Source of the DNA: a virus
DNA length: 49,533 nt
Virus record (IMG/VR): IMGVR_UViG_3300042114_000112
Location: 1 to 49,533 of that record
Direction: 5' to 3' (one strand)
Shown here: positions 8,108 through 18,100 of the stretch, piece by piece
Position numbering within the stretch: the stretch's first letter is position 1
Layout: every line of letters begins with the position of its first letter
Notes under the pieces: generated by a model
Databases searched by the model: none
What the model was told of the DNA's origin: nothing
The model's input: the letters and a program-made list of their open reading frames with translations, nothing else
Made by a program: the position numbers and the translations under genes

Positions 8108-8275
8108 TTAACTAGCCAAGATTTGTTTTGAATTTAGTTGTTTTTTAGCAATTTTCAAAAGTCTTTTTGTGCCGAATTTTTTAACATTTTTGACTATATT
8201 CAATGTTTTTTCTTTTGGCATAAAATCAACATCACACATATCTTCATATACTCTTTTTAATCCGTCATTTGTCAT
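8108..8275 (-). CDS. Small hypothetical protein (55 aa)
   Basis: I translated MTNDGLKRVYEDMCDVDF...KQILAS. ATGA-coupled to the o-spanin stop. Confidence 0.4.
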   Translation of the reverse strand: MTNDGLKRVYEDMCDVDFMPKEKTLNIVKNVKKFGTKRLLKIAKKQLNSKQILAS

Positions 8276-8484
8276 CTATTCATCTCCAATTTCAATTTTA
8301 ATTTATACAGCTCTACCATCCAACTATCTACATCTTTATCGTGTAAAGATTGTATCTTTTTTCCTACTTCTTTTGTAGTAGTAGGAAAAGTTGGATAGTT
8401 ACAACTATTTTGAGAACATCCCACTATCATAAACATCATTGACGATAGTGCTATCAATTTTATCAAATTCTTTAAGAGTTTCAA
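8272..8484 (-). CDS. o-spanin (outer-membrane lipoprotein, Rz1-like)
   Basis: Lipobox MFMIVG|C, a short Pro/Thr-rich mature part, and a start embedded out of frame in the 3' end of the upstream gene. Confidence 0.65.
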   Translation of the reverse strand: MKLLKNLIKLIALSSMMFMIVGCSQNSCNYPTFPTTTKEVGKKIQSLHDKDVDSWMVELYKLKLKLEMNR

Positions 8485-8593
8485 CTTCTTCCTCCAATTT
8501 ATCTATTTTAGTATCTTGTTTTGCTATAAAAAAACCAGTAATAAATGGAGCTAACTGTTTTATTAGCTCAAGTACTTTACTTAGTAGTTCCAT
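8405..8593 (-). CDS. Candidate i-spanin (Rz-like), unusually short
   Basis: Weak N-terminal hydrophobic segment (LAPFITGFFIA) followed by a coiled-coil-like stretch (KIDKLEEEVETLKE). It overlaps the o-spanin gene by 80 nt. Confidence 0.4.
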   Translation of the reverse strand: MELLSKVLELIKQLAPFITGFFIAKQDTKIDKLEEEVETLKEFDKIDSTIVNDVYDSGMFSK

Positions 8594-8762
8594 CTTGTTT
8601 TGGACTTAATCCACTTTTTGTTTTAACTAGAAAATCTAAAACTTTTCCAACAATATTAAACTTTTCCGCTTTTTCAGGTGGTAACAAATATACTATAACC
8701 GTTTGAAACGCACCTAAAACAACTATAACTACACTTATAAACTCATTTACATTTTCAATCAT
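8577..8762 (-). CDS. Small single-TM protein (holin/antiholin or spanin-anchor candidate)
   Basis: TM segment FISVVIVVLGAFQTVIVYLL. Located within the lysis cassette. Confidence 0.45.
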   Translation of the reverse strand: MIENVNEFISVVIVVLGAFQTVIVYLLPPEKAEKFNIVGKVLDFLVKTKSGLSPKQDGTTK

Positions 8763-8854
8763 CTTTTATCCTTTAAAAATTATTTGTTTTATAAACAAAA
8801 CTCAAACAACTACAAATATAGCTATTGCACCTATAAACATTATATCAACATTAC

Positions 8855-9181
8855 TCACTTTTTATCTCCTAATATTTTATTTACAATATATGTAGCAAAT
8901 CTATTCTCTGTTAGTAGAAGTATGTTGTAAGCACTTACACCACTAAAAGCTATTATAGCATCCCTATACTGCATATCTGTATCAAACATAGTTCCTGCTA
9001 TATATCCAACAAAAGCTCCAAGGGCTATATTGATGAATAAAGAGCTATATATAAATACAAACTCTATATCACCATTTCTCTTTGCTTTACTATAGTCAAA
9101 CAAGTAAGCTATCATACCACCAAACATACCTAGTATTAAATCCTTAGCCCCAATAGCAATCACTAGTATGTCGTGCATCAT
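8855..9181 (-). CDS. Multi-TM membrane protein (holin candidate)
   Basis: About 3 hydrophobic segments with a charged C-terminus (ILGDKK). First gene of the lysis block. Confidence 0.45.
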   Translation of the reverse strand: MMHDILVIAIGAKDLILGMFGGMIAYLFDYSKAKRNGDIEFVFIYSSLFINIALGAFVGYIAGTMFDTDMQYRDAIIAFSGVSAYNILLLTENRFATYIVNKILGDKK

Positions 9182-9815
9182 CTCTCCTTTTTACTACAAA
9201 TGATGTTGATATTAGCCATAGTACATATACGAATACAGATAATCCAATAAATAGTCTATAATGATTAAATAGTTCAATAGACTCATCTTTTTTAGTACCC
9301 TGTACAAGAACATAATAACTACCATCAAGTGTAATATATGGAGAATATTCTAACCACTCAGTTGAACAATCAAAGTTATAAGATACTCTTGAATACTCAT
9401 TACTACTATTACCGCTTGTTATATGTGTAAGTGCATTAGATGCAGTGTTCCACTCACTAAAGTATTTACCTACACTTTCTTTTGTAAAGTATAACTTTTC
9501 ATTCTTAGGCACATCATTAGATGGGTCATAAACAAATAATAAATCTTTCATATCTAGTAAGTACATATCACCAGTCAGTGATGTTCTTTGATTGTCAATA
9601 CATTGTCTAATACCATTGATGTCTAATGAACCATTATTAGATTCATATCTTTTAAAACAAGTAAGACTATGTTCTATATTACATCTAGCTTGTTGTCTTT
9701 TACAGCTTTCAACTATATTCAGTAATATAATATCACTAAGCAAAGAAACAAATATAATGAATATAGAGGCATATATCTTTAGCTTATTTACTGCTTTACC
9801 TCTATTGATTCCCAT
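9144..9815 (-). CDS. Two-TM protein with a roughly 150-aa periplasmic domain (Cache/PDC-like suspected), no output domain
   Basis: TM1 is IYASIFIIFVSLLSDIILL and TM2 is LFIGLSVFVYVLWLISTSFVV. Between them, GDMYLLDMKDLLFVYDP...YYVLVQG resembles single-Cache sensor motifs (weak recall). Confidence 0.35.
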   Translation of the reverse strand: MGINRGKAVNKLKIYASIFIIFVSLLSDIILLNIVESCKRQQARCNIEHSLTCFKRYESNNGSLDINGIRQCIDNQRTSLTGDMYLLDMKDLLFVYDPSNDVPKNEKLYFTKESVGKYFSEWNTASNALTHITSGNSSNEYSRVSYNFDCSTEWLEYSPYITLDGSYYVLVQGTKKDESIELFNHYRLFIGLSVFVYVLWLISTSFVVKRRDDARHTSDCYWG

Positions 9816-10322
9816 CTAAAACTCCACTGCTTTAAATCCAAATGTCATAATTTCTACTGCATTTGGTATGTAAGTATATCTAATAATTACATTATCTATC
9901 TCTAAAACTAAGAATGGTAATGCTATAAAGCTTGTATCATCCATACCATCTTTACATCTTCTAGTCATCCAATCTTTATGACAATAACCATCTTGATGTC
10001 CTAAACTAATACCTACACCAGCATTTATAGATTTATACTTAATAGGTAATATTTGTCCAGTAGCCATAGTAAACTTTGTATCTTTATCATAGCTATTGAC
10101 AAACTCACTGTACTCAACAATAAAGTTATCATTAAATTGATACTCTATACCTAGTAATCTATTATCTTCATTCCATTCACCTTTAGCTATATGTGATACT
10201 TTGCTACCAGCTTTTATGTTAAAGCTTGAATAATTTTCAGCTTTTAAATTCAAAGCAAACAGTAAAGCAAATAGAATAGCTATTACTAATAAGTTATCTT
10301 TTATTACTTGTTTGCTTATCAT
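9816..10322 (-). CDS. PagP-like outer-membrane beta-barrel (lipid A palmitoyltransferase family)
   Basis: It has a signal peptide and a C-terminal Phe. FIALPFLVLEIDNVIIRYTYIPN...FGFKAVEF compares with E. coli PagP [27 protein letters not shown]...FAWMRFQF. SHIAK and FVNSYDK compare with WHAR (His33) and FKDSWNK (Asp76-Ser77). The alignment is from memory. Confidence 0.55.
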   Translation of the reverse strand: MISKQVIKDNLLVIAILFALLFALNLKAENYSSFNIKAGSKVSHIAKGEWNEDNRLLGIEYQFNDNFIVEYSEFVNSYDKDTKFTMATGQILPIKYKSINAGVGISLGHQDGYCHKDWMTRRCKDGMDDTSFIALPFLVLEIDNVIIRYTYIPNAVEIMTFGFKAVEF

Positions 10323-10882
10323 TTTGGTATGCTCTCTTTGACAAATGAAATATGGTCTTTAAATCTAGTTCCTCCATCTAACATATCTTTGTACATCATA
10401 TCAAGTTGCTCTCCTATTGGTGCATATGTTACAGCTCTAATTTCAGAACATCTTGATTTAAGATATGTATCTAAATCATCTTCTGTAACAGTAGGAACTA
10501 AAAACTCTCTTAGTAGTTTAGTTGCTTCTGGTTTAGATGGTGTTTCAATCATACCATACTCATTTTTAACTTCTTCAACTGCTGGTTCAATAACTTCAGT
10601 TTCTAACAACCAAGAATCGAATATATGGTCGTATTCTATTTCTATCTTTGTTTTACTTAGAGTGTTATATTCAATTTCTGATAGTCTAAGTCTTTCATCA
10701 ACAATCTTTAATAAATACTCTTCGTATGTTTCATCTCTATACTTAGGATACAATCCATCATATTCAGCTTTCATATCTTTTAGCCATTGCTCTTTAGCTT
10801 TAGCGACTATTACTTCTGTGTAGTCAGCCATCATTCTATTTCTATGAACAATAGCTCCATTTGGTTTTAGTATATTAATCAT
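10319..10882 (-). CDS. Hypothetical protein (187 aa); possible tail-fibre accessory/assembly protein by position
   Basis: Track ORF downstream of the tail fibre (separated from it by the HNH gene). No motif recognised. Confidence 0.5.
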   Translation of the reverse strand: MINILKPNGAIVHRNRMMADYTEVIVAKAKEQWLKDMKAEYDGLYPKYRDETYEEYLLKIVDERLRLSEIEYNTLSKTKIEIEYDHIFDSWLLETEVIEPAVEEVKNEYGMIETPSKPEATKLLREFLVPTVTEDDLDTYLKSRCSEIRAVTYAPIGEQLDMMYKDMLDGGTRFKDHISFVKESIPK

Positions 10883-11404
10883 CTATGCTACCTTTCTTCC
10901 GTGATTTTCGTGGAACTTATACTTAATCTCTGCTTGTTTTCTAGCCTCAACTGCTTCACTGAAATCAGTAAAGTAGCCTAAGTGAATCTTCTTTGAATCT
11001 ACAACTATTACAGCTTTCCATCTATTTGTTTGTTTATACCAATTAACACCGTGAACATTCGTAGTACTAGTTTTGTATATAGACTTATTTTTATGGTTTT
11101 CTGTTCTTGTTACAACTCTTAGATTTTCAATCCTATTATCATCTCTTGTATGGTTGATATGGTCTATGTACTCATTTGGGAACTCTCCATATGTTACAAA
11201 CCAAGCTAGTAAGTGCTCTTGATATAGTTTTTTACCAATTAGTATCTGTCTATATCCCAGTGGGTGCTTAGTCCCTGCAATTTTACCTACTCTGTCTAGC
11301 CTATTTCCTGCTATTTTATTCCAAGTAAACACACCAGTTTCTTTGTTATAATCTAGCAGAGAGTTTACATACTCTACTGTTAGATTACTCTTTAATTCGT
11401 CCAT
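10883..11404 (-). CDS. HNH homing endonuclease with AP2 DNA-binding domain
   Basis: HINHTRDDNRIENLRVVTRTENHKN is the HNH motif. GVNWYKQTNRWKAVIVVDSKKIHLGYFTDFSEAVEARK is AP2-like. Confidence 0.8.
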   Translation of the reverse strand: MDELKSNLTVEYVNSLLDYNKETGVFTWNKIAGNRLDRVGKIAGTKHPLGYRQILIGKKLYQEHLLAWFVTYGEFPNEYIDHINHTRDDNRIENLRVVTRTENHKNKSIYKTSTTNVHGVNWYKQTNRWKAVIVVDSKKIHLGYFTDFSEAVEARKQAEIKYKFHENHGRKVA

Positions 11405-13919
11405 CTACTAACCTCCCCTTTTGTCCATATAAACAAATAACTCCATTCAAGTTTGTGAATGTACTCGTATTATCGGTTATTCTGAATGTATTATCATCGC
11501 CAAAGTCAGTACCATCGTATTTCATTTCACTAAATACATACACTTGTTTAGCTCTTTTACTTTGTGTTAAGTAACTAAATGTTTTAACTGCTGGTGATGT
11601 TGAACCATATAGTGCTATTGTGTCGTGCGTAGTATTACTCCTAATTGGATGTATTTTTGCAACAGACTCATCTTCAAAGTTTATAAATTTAATAGGAGTA
11701 TTTGTGCTTAGTGTGTTTGGACTTGGTATATCAAGCGTAGGTACTTTATTAATAAGTCCACTAACTACACCAGAGTATGTCTTTATATAACTATTACCAG
11801 CCCATACATCACTAACACCAGCACTTCCACCTATTACTCTACTATTAGCTATTGGAGCTAGATTGTTGTTGTAGGCTTTGTAATTTATAATAACAACATT
11901 TCCACTACTTTTCGCAACTGGAATAATGTCATTTGTTGTATCGAGTGTTGGAGTTGTTGGAGTCCAAGTTGATCCGCTTAGTGTTAGCATACCATAAGAC
12001 GATATAGCTTTGCTTCTTAGTTTTACTGTTACATCTGTTTCAGTTATTGCAGTTGTATCATCTTCTTTTATATACTGTGCAACTCCGCTTATAGTTCCAC
12101 CACCATCTAAAGCACTTATAGCAGTAGCCCAATCATCTATATTAATAATATCATTATCAAAGAATTGATTACTTCCATATCTTAAATTACTTTCTCTTAT
12201 GTACTCGTGAGTTATTCCTTGAATATATCTTTTTTTAGTTTTACTTGTAGGATTTGCATAAGTTTCAAGTTTAGCACTACCAACAAAATCAGCATATTGA
12301 CTAGCACTAATGTCTTTATCTCTCTCAATGGTAGTTCTTTCTTTAGTACCATCTATGTACTCAGCTCTCCATCTTTGGTCGATGAATAGTTCGTTGTAGA
12401 TTATGTCGTAGAATTTGGAGTCAGGTCTAGTATTACCAATAATATCAGTCGAACCACTCCAATAACCTGCATTATCACCATTCCCAGAGTATGCTCCAGT
12501 GCCATAGCCAGAAGCATTATTGATAGGTAGATAATTAACTGCATCAAAACAATTAGCTATATTACTTGGAACTTTTGCTATACCGTTAGGTCCACCAGCT
12601 ATAGTGTCATGCCATATTCTCGCATAGGAACTATTTGTAGTGGATTGTAATGCCATAGTACCACCACTATTAAACACTGGATGATAAGCACCTTGATTAA
12701 ATCTAGCTGTACTACCTACGGTTATATACTTTCTACCATCACTACCATTGTAACACTCATTAGTCATATCATAAGTCATAGTTACACTTGTACCAGTACT
12801 TACACCAGTATCTACACTATATAGTAAACTTGTATAGTTAAGCATAGTATCCATTGTAATGTATTGGTTTTGTTCTGTTTGTGTTATGAAATATGTACCA
12901 TCATCTCTTAGTAATAGATTGTCGTATCTTAGCAAGTCTGTTGCTACGAATACTGCGATGTTGTCTAATGTTGCAACTAAAGTTGTACCTAATTCATTAC
13001 CAATAACAATGCTAGTAGTTAGTGCAGTAAATTCAAATCTATTATACCCAACACTTTGTGGTAACAATAACCAAGCACCGTTATTCCATAGTTTTAAAGT
13101 GCCTGATGTTTTGCTTACTAACTTATATTCTATTATATACTTTTTACCAATTATTAGCTTATCTAGCTGATAAAATGACTCAGTAGCAACAATAGATACA
13201 CTAAGCTCTCCTGAAATAACACTAATTGTACTGTTAGCTCCTTTGCTCCATCCACTAGTATCACTATCAAAAGTACCATTACTAACCAAATTAGTACCAG
13301 TTGGAGCTGTAGGAAATGTAATACTTCTACCTATTGTTGATACAGTTTTATTCAATGATTTAAAGTACCAATCACTAGCACTAACATTTAAGTTATTAGG
13401 TGTTGTGTCTGTAAATGTGTAGAATGATGTTCTAGCATTTTTATTTACCTGTCCGCTAATAGCAAAGTAGTCTTTTGTATTTAAAGCTAAAGGACTTTTT
13501 AAAGCTTCCCAGTTAGTGCTATCGTTTGCTGGGTCTGTAGTACCTGCACCTACTGTTTTTCTTCTATATGTTTGATAGTTTATTTGACTAAATACATTTT
13601 GTCCTAAAGTGTATGTATTTACACTTACCCATCCTGTAACATTTGCAGATGAAGCACTTGCAGTTGCACTAGCACTTGCTTCATTTGCCTTTGTTGTTGC
13701 TGTTTGTGCATTTGTATTTACCTCAGAAACAGATGTATTAATTTGACCTATAGAAGTGTTTAATTGACCTACTAAAGTATTTATTTCAGTTGATGTTCTA
13801 GGAAGTCCATCTGCACTTGCAATATACTCTATATTTTCAGGTTCATTTTGCTGACCTACTACTATAAGTTTATCTGCTGGATATTGTGTTATTGTTTGTG
13901 ATATTGGGGTTACTGCCAT
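11385..13919 (-). CDS. Tail fibre / receptor-binding protein (844 aa)
   Basis: Lies two genes after the tape measure. N-terminal Ser/Thr/Ala/Asn repeats (NTSIGQINTSVSEVNT, ASASATASASSA). A CBM-like NLVSNGTFDSDTSGWSKG motif. Confidence 0.7.
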   Translation of the reverse strand: MAVTPISQTITQYPADKLIVVGQQNEPENIEYIASADGLPRTSTEINTLVGQLNTSIGQINTSVSEVNTNAQTATTKANEASASATASASSANVTGWVSVNTYTLGQNVFSQINYQTYRRKTVGAGTTDPANDSTNWEALKSPLALNTKDYFAISGQVNKNARTSFYTFTDTTPNNLNVSASDWYFKSLNKTVSTIGRSITFPTAPTGTNLVSNGTFDSDTSGWSKGANSTISVISGELSVSIVATESFYQLDKLIIGKKYIIEYKLVSKTSGTLKLWNNGAWLLLPQSVGYNRFEFTALTTSIVIGNELGTTLVATLDNIAVFVATDLLRYDNLLLRDDGTYFITQTEQNQYITMDTMLNYTSLLYSVDTGVSTGTSVTMTYDMTNECYNGSDGRKYITVGSTARFNQGAYHPVFNSGGTMALQSTTNSSYARIWHDTIAGGPNGIAKVPSNIANCFDAVNYLPINNASGYGTGAYSGNGDNAGYWSGSTDIIGNTRPDSKFYDIIYNELFIDQRWRAEYIDGTKERTTIERDKDISASQYADFVGSAKLETYANPTSKTKKRYIQGITHEYIRESNLRYGSNQFFDNDIINIDDWATAISALDGGGTISGVAQYIKEDDTTAITETDVTVKLRSKAISSYGMLTLSGSTWTPTTPTLDTTNDIIPVAKSSGNVVIINYKAYNNNLAPIANSRVIGGSAGVSDVWAGNSYIKTYSGVVSGLINKVPTLDIPSPNTLSTNTPIKFINFEDESVAKIHPIRSNTTHDTIALYGSTSPAVKTFSYLTQSKRAKQVYVFSEMKYDGTDFGDDNTFRITDNTSTFTNLNGVICLYGQKGRLVDGRIKE

Positions 13920-15121
13920 TAATTTTCTCCTGAATTTATTTCTCTAAAGTTTATGTTTAAATCTGATAGTGTTGAATTTGAAACAAGTGTAGGTGAAGCA
14001 TTTGTTGCTATACCAAAAAGTATAAGCGATTCATATATTCCATCTTCCGTATTTTCGCCTAATATTACCATCTTATTGCTTATTATCTTTTTTGTTGCTT
14101 GAGAATATATATTGTATGTTGGTGTTGGTATTTTTATATTTAACCTCATCGACCTCCATACTCTTGTTTCATCTCCTTCTCCATCTATTTCATACTCTCC
14201 AGCTTCGTTTTTTATTATTTCAATATCTGATTCAGTTGGATTTTCTACACCATCTAGTGTTATTCCTCCGTCTGCTATTCTACCTATTAAAATTTCACCT
14301 ATTCTTGGATTTTCAAGTGTATTTTCAAATGTAAACCTTACTTTCATTTCTCCAAGATTATAAAAGTTTGGTCTAAGTATAATTTTTCTTTTATAGTTTG
14401 TTGGCTCTTGAGATGAATCAAGAAATTCTCTTACAGATGTATAATTTCTACTTGTAGCATCTACTTCATATATTGGTTGTAAAAGTTCGTTTGTTACATT
14501 ATTTCTTATATCTACAGTTACTGTTGTTGCTACAACATTATATAGTACACATATATTTGCACCTTTTACTATAAATTCTTGATAAAAACTATCTGCATTT
14601 TTTGTTGAGTATCTATTTATTGCTTTTGATGTTGAAGCTGAGTAGTTTGATACACCTTTGTATTCCCAATAAAGAGAGCTTTCATCTCTATTTTCAGGAT
14701 TAAAATACTTATATCGTAACGAACCATCTGTTACTTCATTGAAATTTGCAGGGGTAAGATACGACTCTGATGTAAAATCTACAGTTCCTGTTGTTTTTGC
14801 TTTATAGTATTTTTCATTTGATACTACATATACTGTTGTTACACCATTTACTATTGGTATTGCTGTTCCGTTTGATGTTGAATCGTCTGATGTTTTTATT
14901 GCATATTTATTTAATGGGTCAGAATCTTGCCAAATATATGTAACTAAATCTTCAATTTTTCTAAGTGACATATATCGTTTATTATTATATTGTCGTATAG
15001 CTCCATATCCATTTATTTTTTCTGATTTTAACCAAGGTGAGTTTATAGTTCCATCTGCATTTTCATATATGCCTATGTCACTATCTGTTATGACTATACT
15101 TTCTGGGAAAAAATATTTCAC
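13919..15121 (-). CDS. Tail-tip/baseplate protein (Dit-like by position), 400 aa
   Basis: Immediately follows the tape measure with start/stop coupling. The call is positional only. Confidence 0.45.
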   Translation of the reverse strand: MKYFFPESIVITDSDIGIYENADGTINSPWLKSEKINGYGAIRQYNNKRYMSLRKIEDLVTYIWQDSDPLNKYAIKTSDDSTSNGTAIPIVNGVTTVYVVSNEKYYKAKTTGTVDFTSESYLTPANFNEVTDGSLRYKYFNPENRDESSLYWEYKGVSNYSASTSKAINRYSTKNADSFYQEFIVKGANICVLYNVVATTVTVDIRNNVTNELLQPIYEVDATSRNYTSVREFLDSSQEPTNYKRKIILRPNFYNLGEMKVRFTFENTLENPRIGEILIGRIADGGITLDGVENPTESDIEIIKNEAGEYEIDGEGDETRVWRSMRLNIKIPTPTYNIYSQATKKIISNKMVILGENTEDGIYESLILFGIATNASPTLVSNSTLSDLNINFREINSGEN

Positions 15122-18100
15122 TATGCTACCTTTGTCTTAAATGCTCTTGATGTTTTTGCACTTTCTAAACTATCGTAAGTATTTTTTGTATTTGAATCAA
15201 TTTTATCTAATCTACTATTAAGATTTTTAATTTCTTCTGTTTGTTTGTTTATAGCCTCAATTATACCTTTATTTTCTTTAGAATCAAAATTATTTGCAGG
15301 TGTTTGAGTATTTACTTTTATTCCGTATTTTCTAAGTACATCTGAGCTTTGTGGGTCAATTATCATTTCGCTTTGATGTGCTTGTATTACCATATCGTTT
15401 GGAAGATATGATGTTCCTTTTGCGAATGATGGTAGTTCTTCTATAGTATTTCCTGTAAAAGAATTTATCATTTTTCCTAAAAGCATTGATTGAGTATTTT
15501 CAAGAGTATCTTTTATTCCTGATGTTGTAAACCATAAATTATTATATTCAGCCCAACTAGCACCTGTTGGTATATCTTTTCCAGATGCAATTTTAAATAG
15601 CCTAATAAAAGCATCATATTCGCTTTCTTTTATTTCATTTGATTGTAAATTTGAAAGAAAAGCACTGTCTCCATATTTTTTCATACTATTTGCATTTGCT
15701 ATTGTGTATATTACATCTGATGTTTCTTGTATAGTGTCATTTATTAAATTTTCTCCAAGAGCTTCTTTGAAAAATTTAGAGTTTGCTACTGTTTGCATAT
15801 CTTTAAATTTTTGCCAATAGTTTTCATCTCCATAAATATTAAAACTTTCTGCAAAATCTTTTAAATCTTCTGCAGTTCCTGAAAGTATATTTTTTAATAT
15901 TTCATTTTGTTCTACAGAAAATAATGATTTACTTATTTCATTTTCTTTTTGTTGTTGAAGAATATATGCTTGATTTATATCAGATGTTGCTCCTCCAGTT
16001 GATTTAAAAAATTCTATTATATTTTCAAATCCTACACTATCAGTTCTTGATAAATCATCTAAAAACTTAGCAGTATCAGTTGTACTAAGAGATAAATAAG
16101 ATAGATTTGTTCTTAAGTCGCTTAACTCATCATTGAATGTACTAAAATCTTGTGCTTGAAAAGATTGTCTAAATGCTATCTCATCAGGTGTTCCAAGAAG
16201 TCCACCAGCTTTAAAATCTTCAAATGTAAGTGTTTTATCTATATTTAGTTGAGATTCTATGTTTTTATTGTATGTTTTTAGTTGTTCAACAAGAGAACTT
16301 ATAATACCAGTTTCCTCAGCTACACCTATAACATTTCCATTTATATCGACTATTTGAGCTTTGATTGTTTTATTATCAAAATCAAGATTGTTTTTTAATC
16401 CATCAAGTTCTGATACAAGGCTTTTTGTAATACCTGAATTATCTCCAAATTGAGATGATTGAATATTTGTAGATAAAGATTGAATATCTCCTACTAAACC
16501 TTGAAGTCTTGTTGATTCTGTTTCTGTAAGATTTGATATACCTTTTGCTCTAAGTTTATTTACATCTTCCATTTTCGACCAAAAGTCTTGAATAAGTCTT
16601 GATTGGCTTTGACCTTCTTGTGTATTTCCTAATAGATTTGATATTGTATCTTGTATTGAATCGCTCATACTTCCAAAAGCATCTGAAAGTTTTTGAACTT
16701 TATCTGTTGCTACTTCTAATGTAGATATTTGTTCTTCTACTAGCTTTCTTTGAAGTTCTGCCATATCGAGTTCAACTGACATCTGAGTGCTTAACATCTC
16801 TTTAGCATTTTTAGTGGCTTCTGCAAATCCATCTGATAATAATAATAATCTTCCATACAACTCTTGTCCTGATGCAGTTGTTATGTCTATAGAGTTTACT
16901 AGGTTTACAAATCCATCTTTACCATTTGGTAGAAGTAGATTTAACTTTTCAAATTCTTTTGTAATAGAGTTTGTACCGTAAATTGATTTTTCTTGCTCTG
17001 TTAAAAAGTTTTCAAAATAAGATGTCATTCCATCTTGCAATGCTTCAAGTCCACCAGCACCAAGAAGCATACTCGAAGTTAATCCACTTATATCTTGACC
17101 TAAAAAGCTTATTTGACTTCGTAACTCATTAAGTGTTGTATATGTAGAGTATAGCTCTTCTGTAGTACCACTAAGGCTTTCAATAAGTTTTACTAGACCG
17201 TTATCCATACCATAAATAGATTCGTCTGTTTTTTCTATAGATTGTCTTAGTGCTTCAAATCCTACAGTACCTTGAGTTTCCATAATATCCAAGTAACTAA
17301 CATCTTGAAATGCAGTACCAAGTCTTTTTATGTAGTATTCTGATTCTGATATACCTACTGCAACCCTTGAAAGTGTTTGTGATAAAGTTTCTCCTACTTG
17401 TTGGAAAGCATTTAAAGTTGTACCATAAGCATCTGCAACCATCTCATCCATTGTTTTTCCAAAAACATCTGATATAAGCTGTTGCATTTCAGCACCTGAC
17501 TTACCTTTTAATGATATTTTCCCAAGATTTACTACAAAGTCATCAAGTCTGCTTACTATAGTGTCTTTTGAATCTAAAAGCATATCTCCAGTAGAAACTA
17601 CAGTGTCATACATATTATTTAAAATCAACTCAAACTGATTTCTTATCTCTTCATCCATTCCTTCTGTATATGTTGCATACGATGTAGAAGATGATGATTT
17701 AAACCAAGATTTTTTACTTACAGTTGTAGCTATAGTTTGATATGCTGAACCTTCAAAATCTTCTTTAGCTTTTGTGATAAGTTGTTCACCGAATAATAAA
17801 CCACTATCTGTTAGTGATTGTGATGTGGATGATTTACCAAATAATCCACCGCTTATTTTTCCAACTGTTTTTGAAATAGCACCAGTTATAGCACCATCAA
17901 GTAAAAGTTTATCGGCTACTAAAGCACCTGCAACCCAAGGCATAGCTGCGATAGCAGAAGTTCCAATACCACCAGCACTAGCAATACTCATACCACTTAA
18001 TTCAAGTCCTGTACCTAAAGCTAAAGCACCTCCAACACCACCAGCAGTTGAACCTATACCAACTTTATTATTCCATCCAGTTGATGTATTTGTATATCCT

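Noticed and set aside
7225-8378. Plus-strand ORFs 7225..7449 and 8169..8378 in or near the lysis region.
   Set aside because: The first is a TTG-started Leu/Phe/Ile string in AT-rich non-coding DNA that runs into the endolysin 3' end. The second is antisense to the small 55-aa ORF and the o-spanin.
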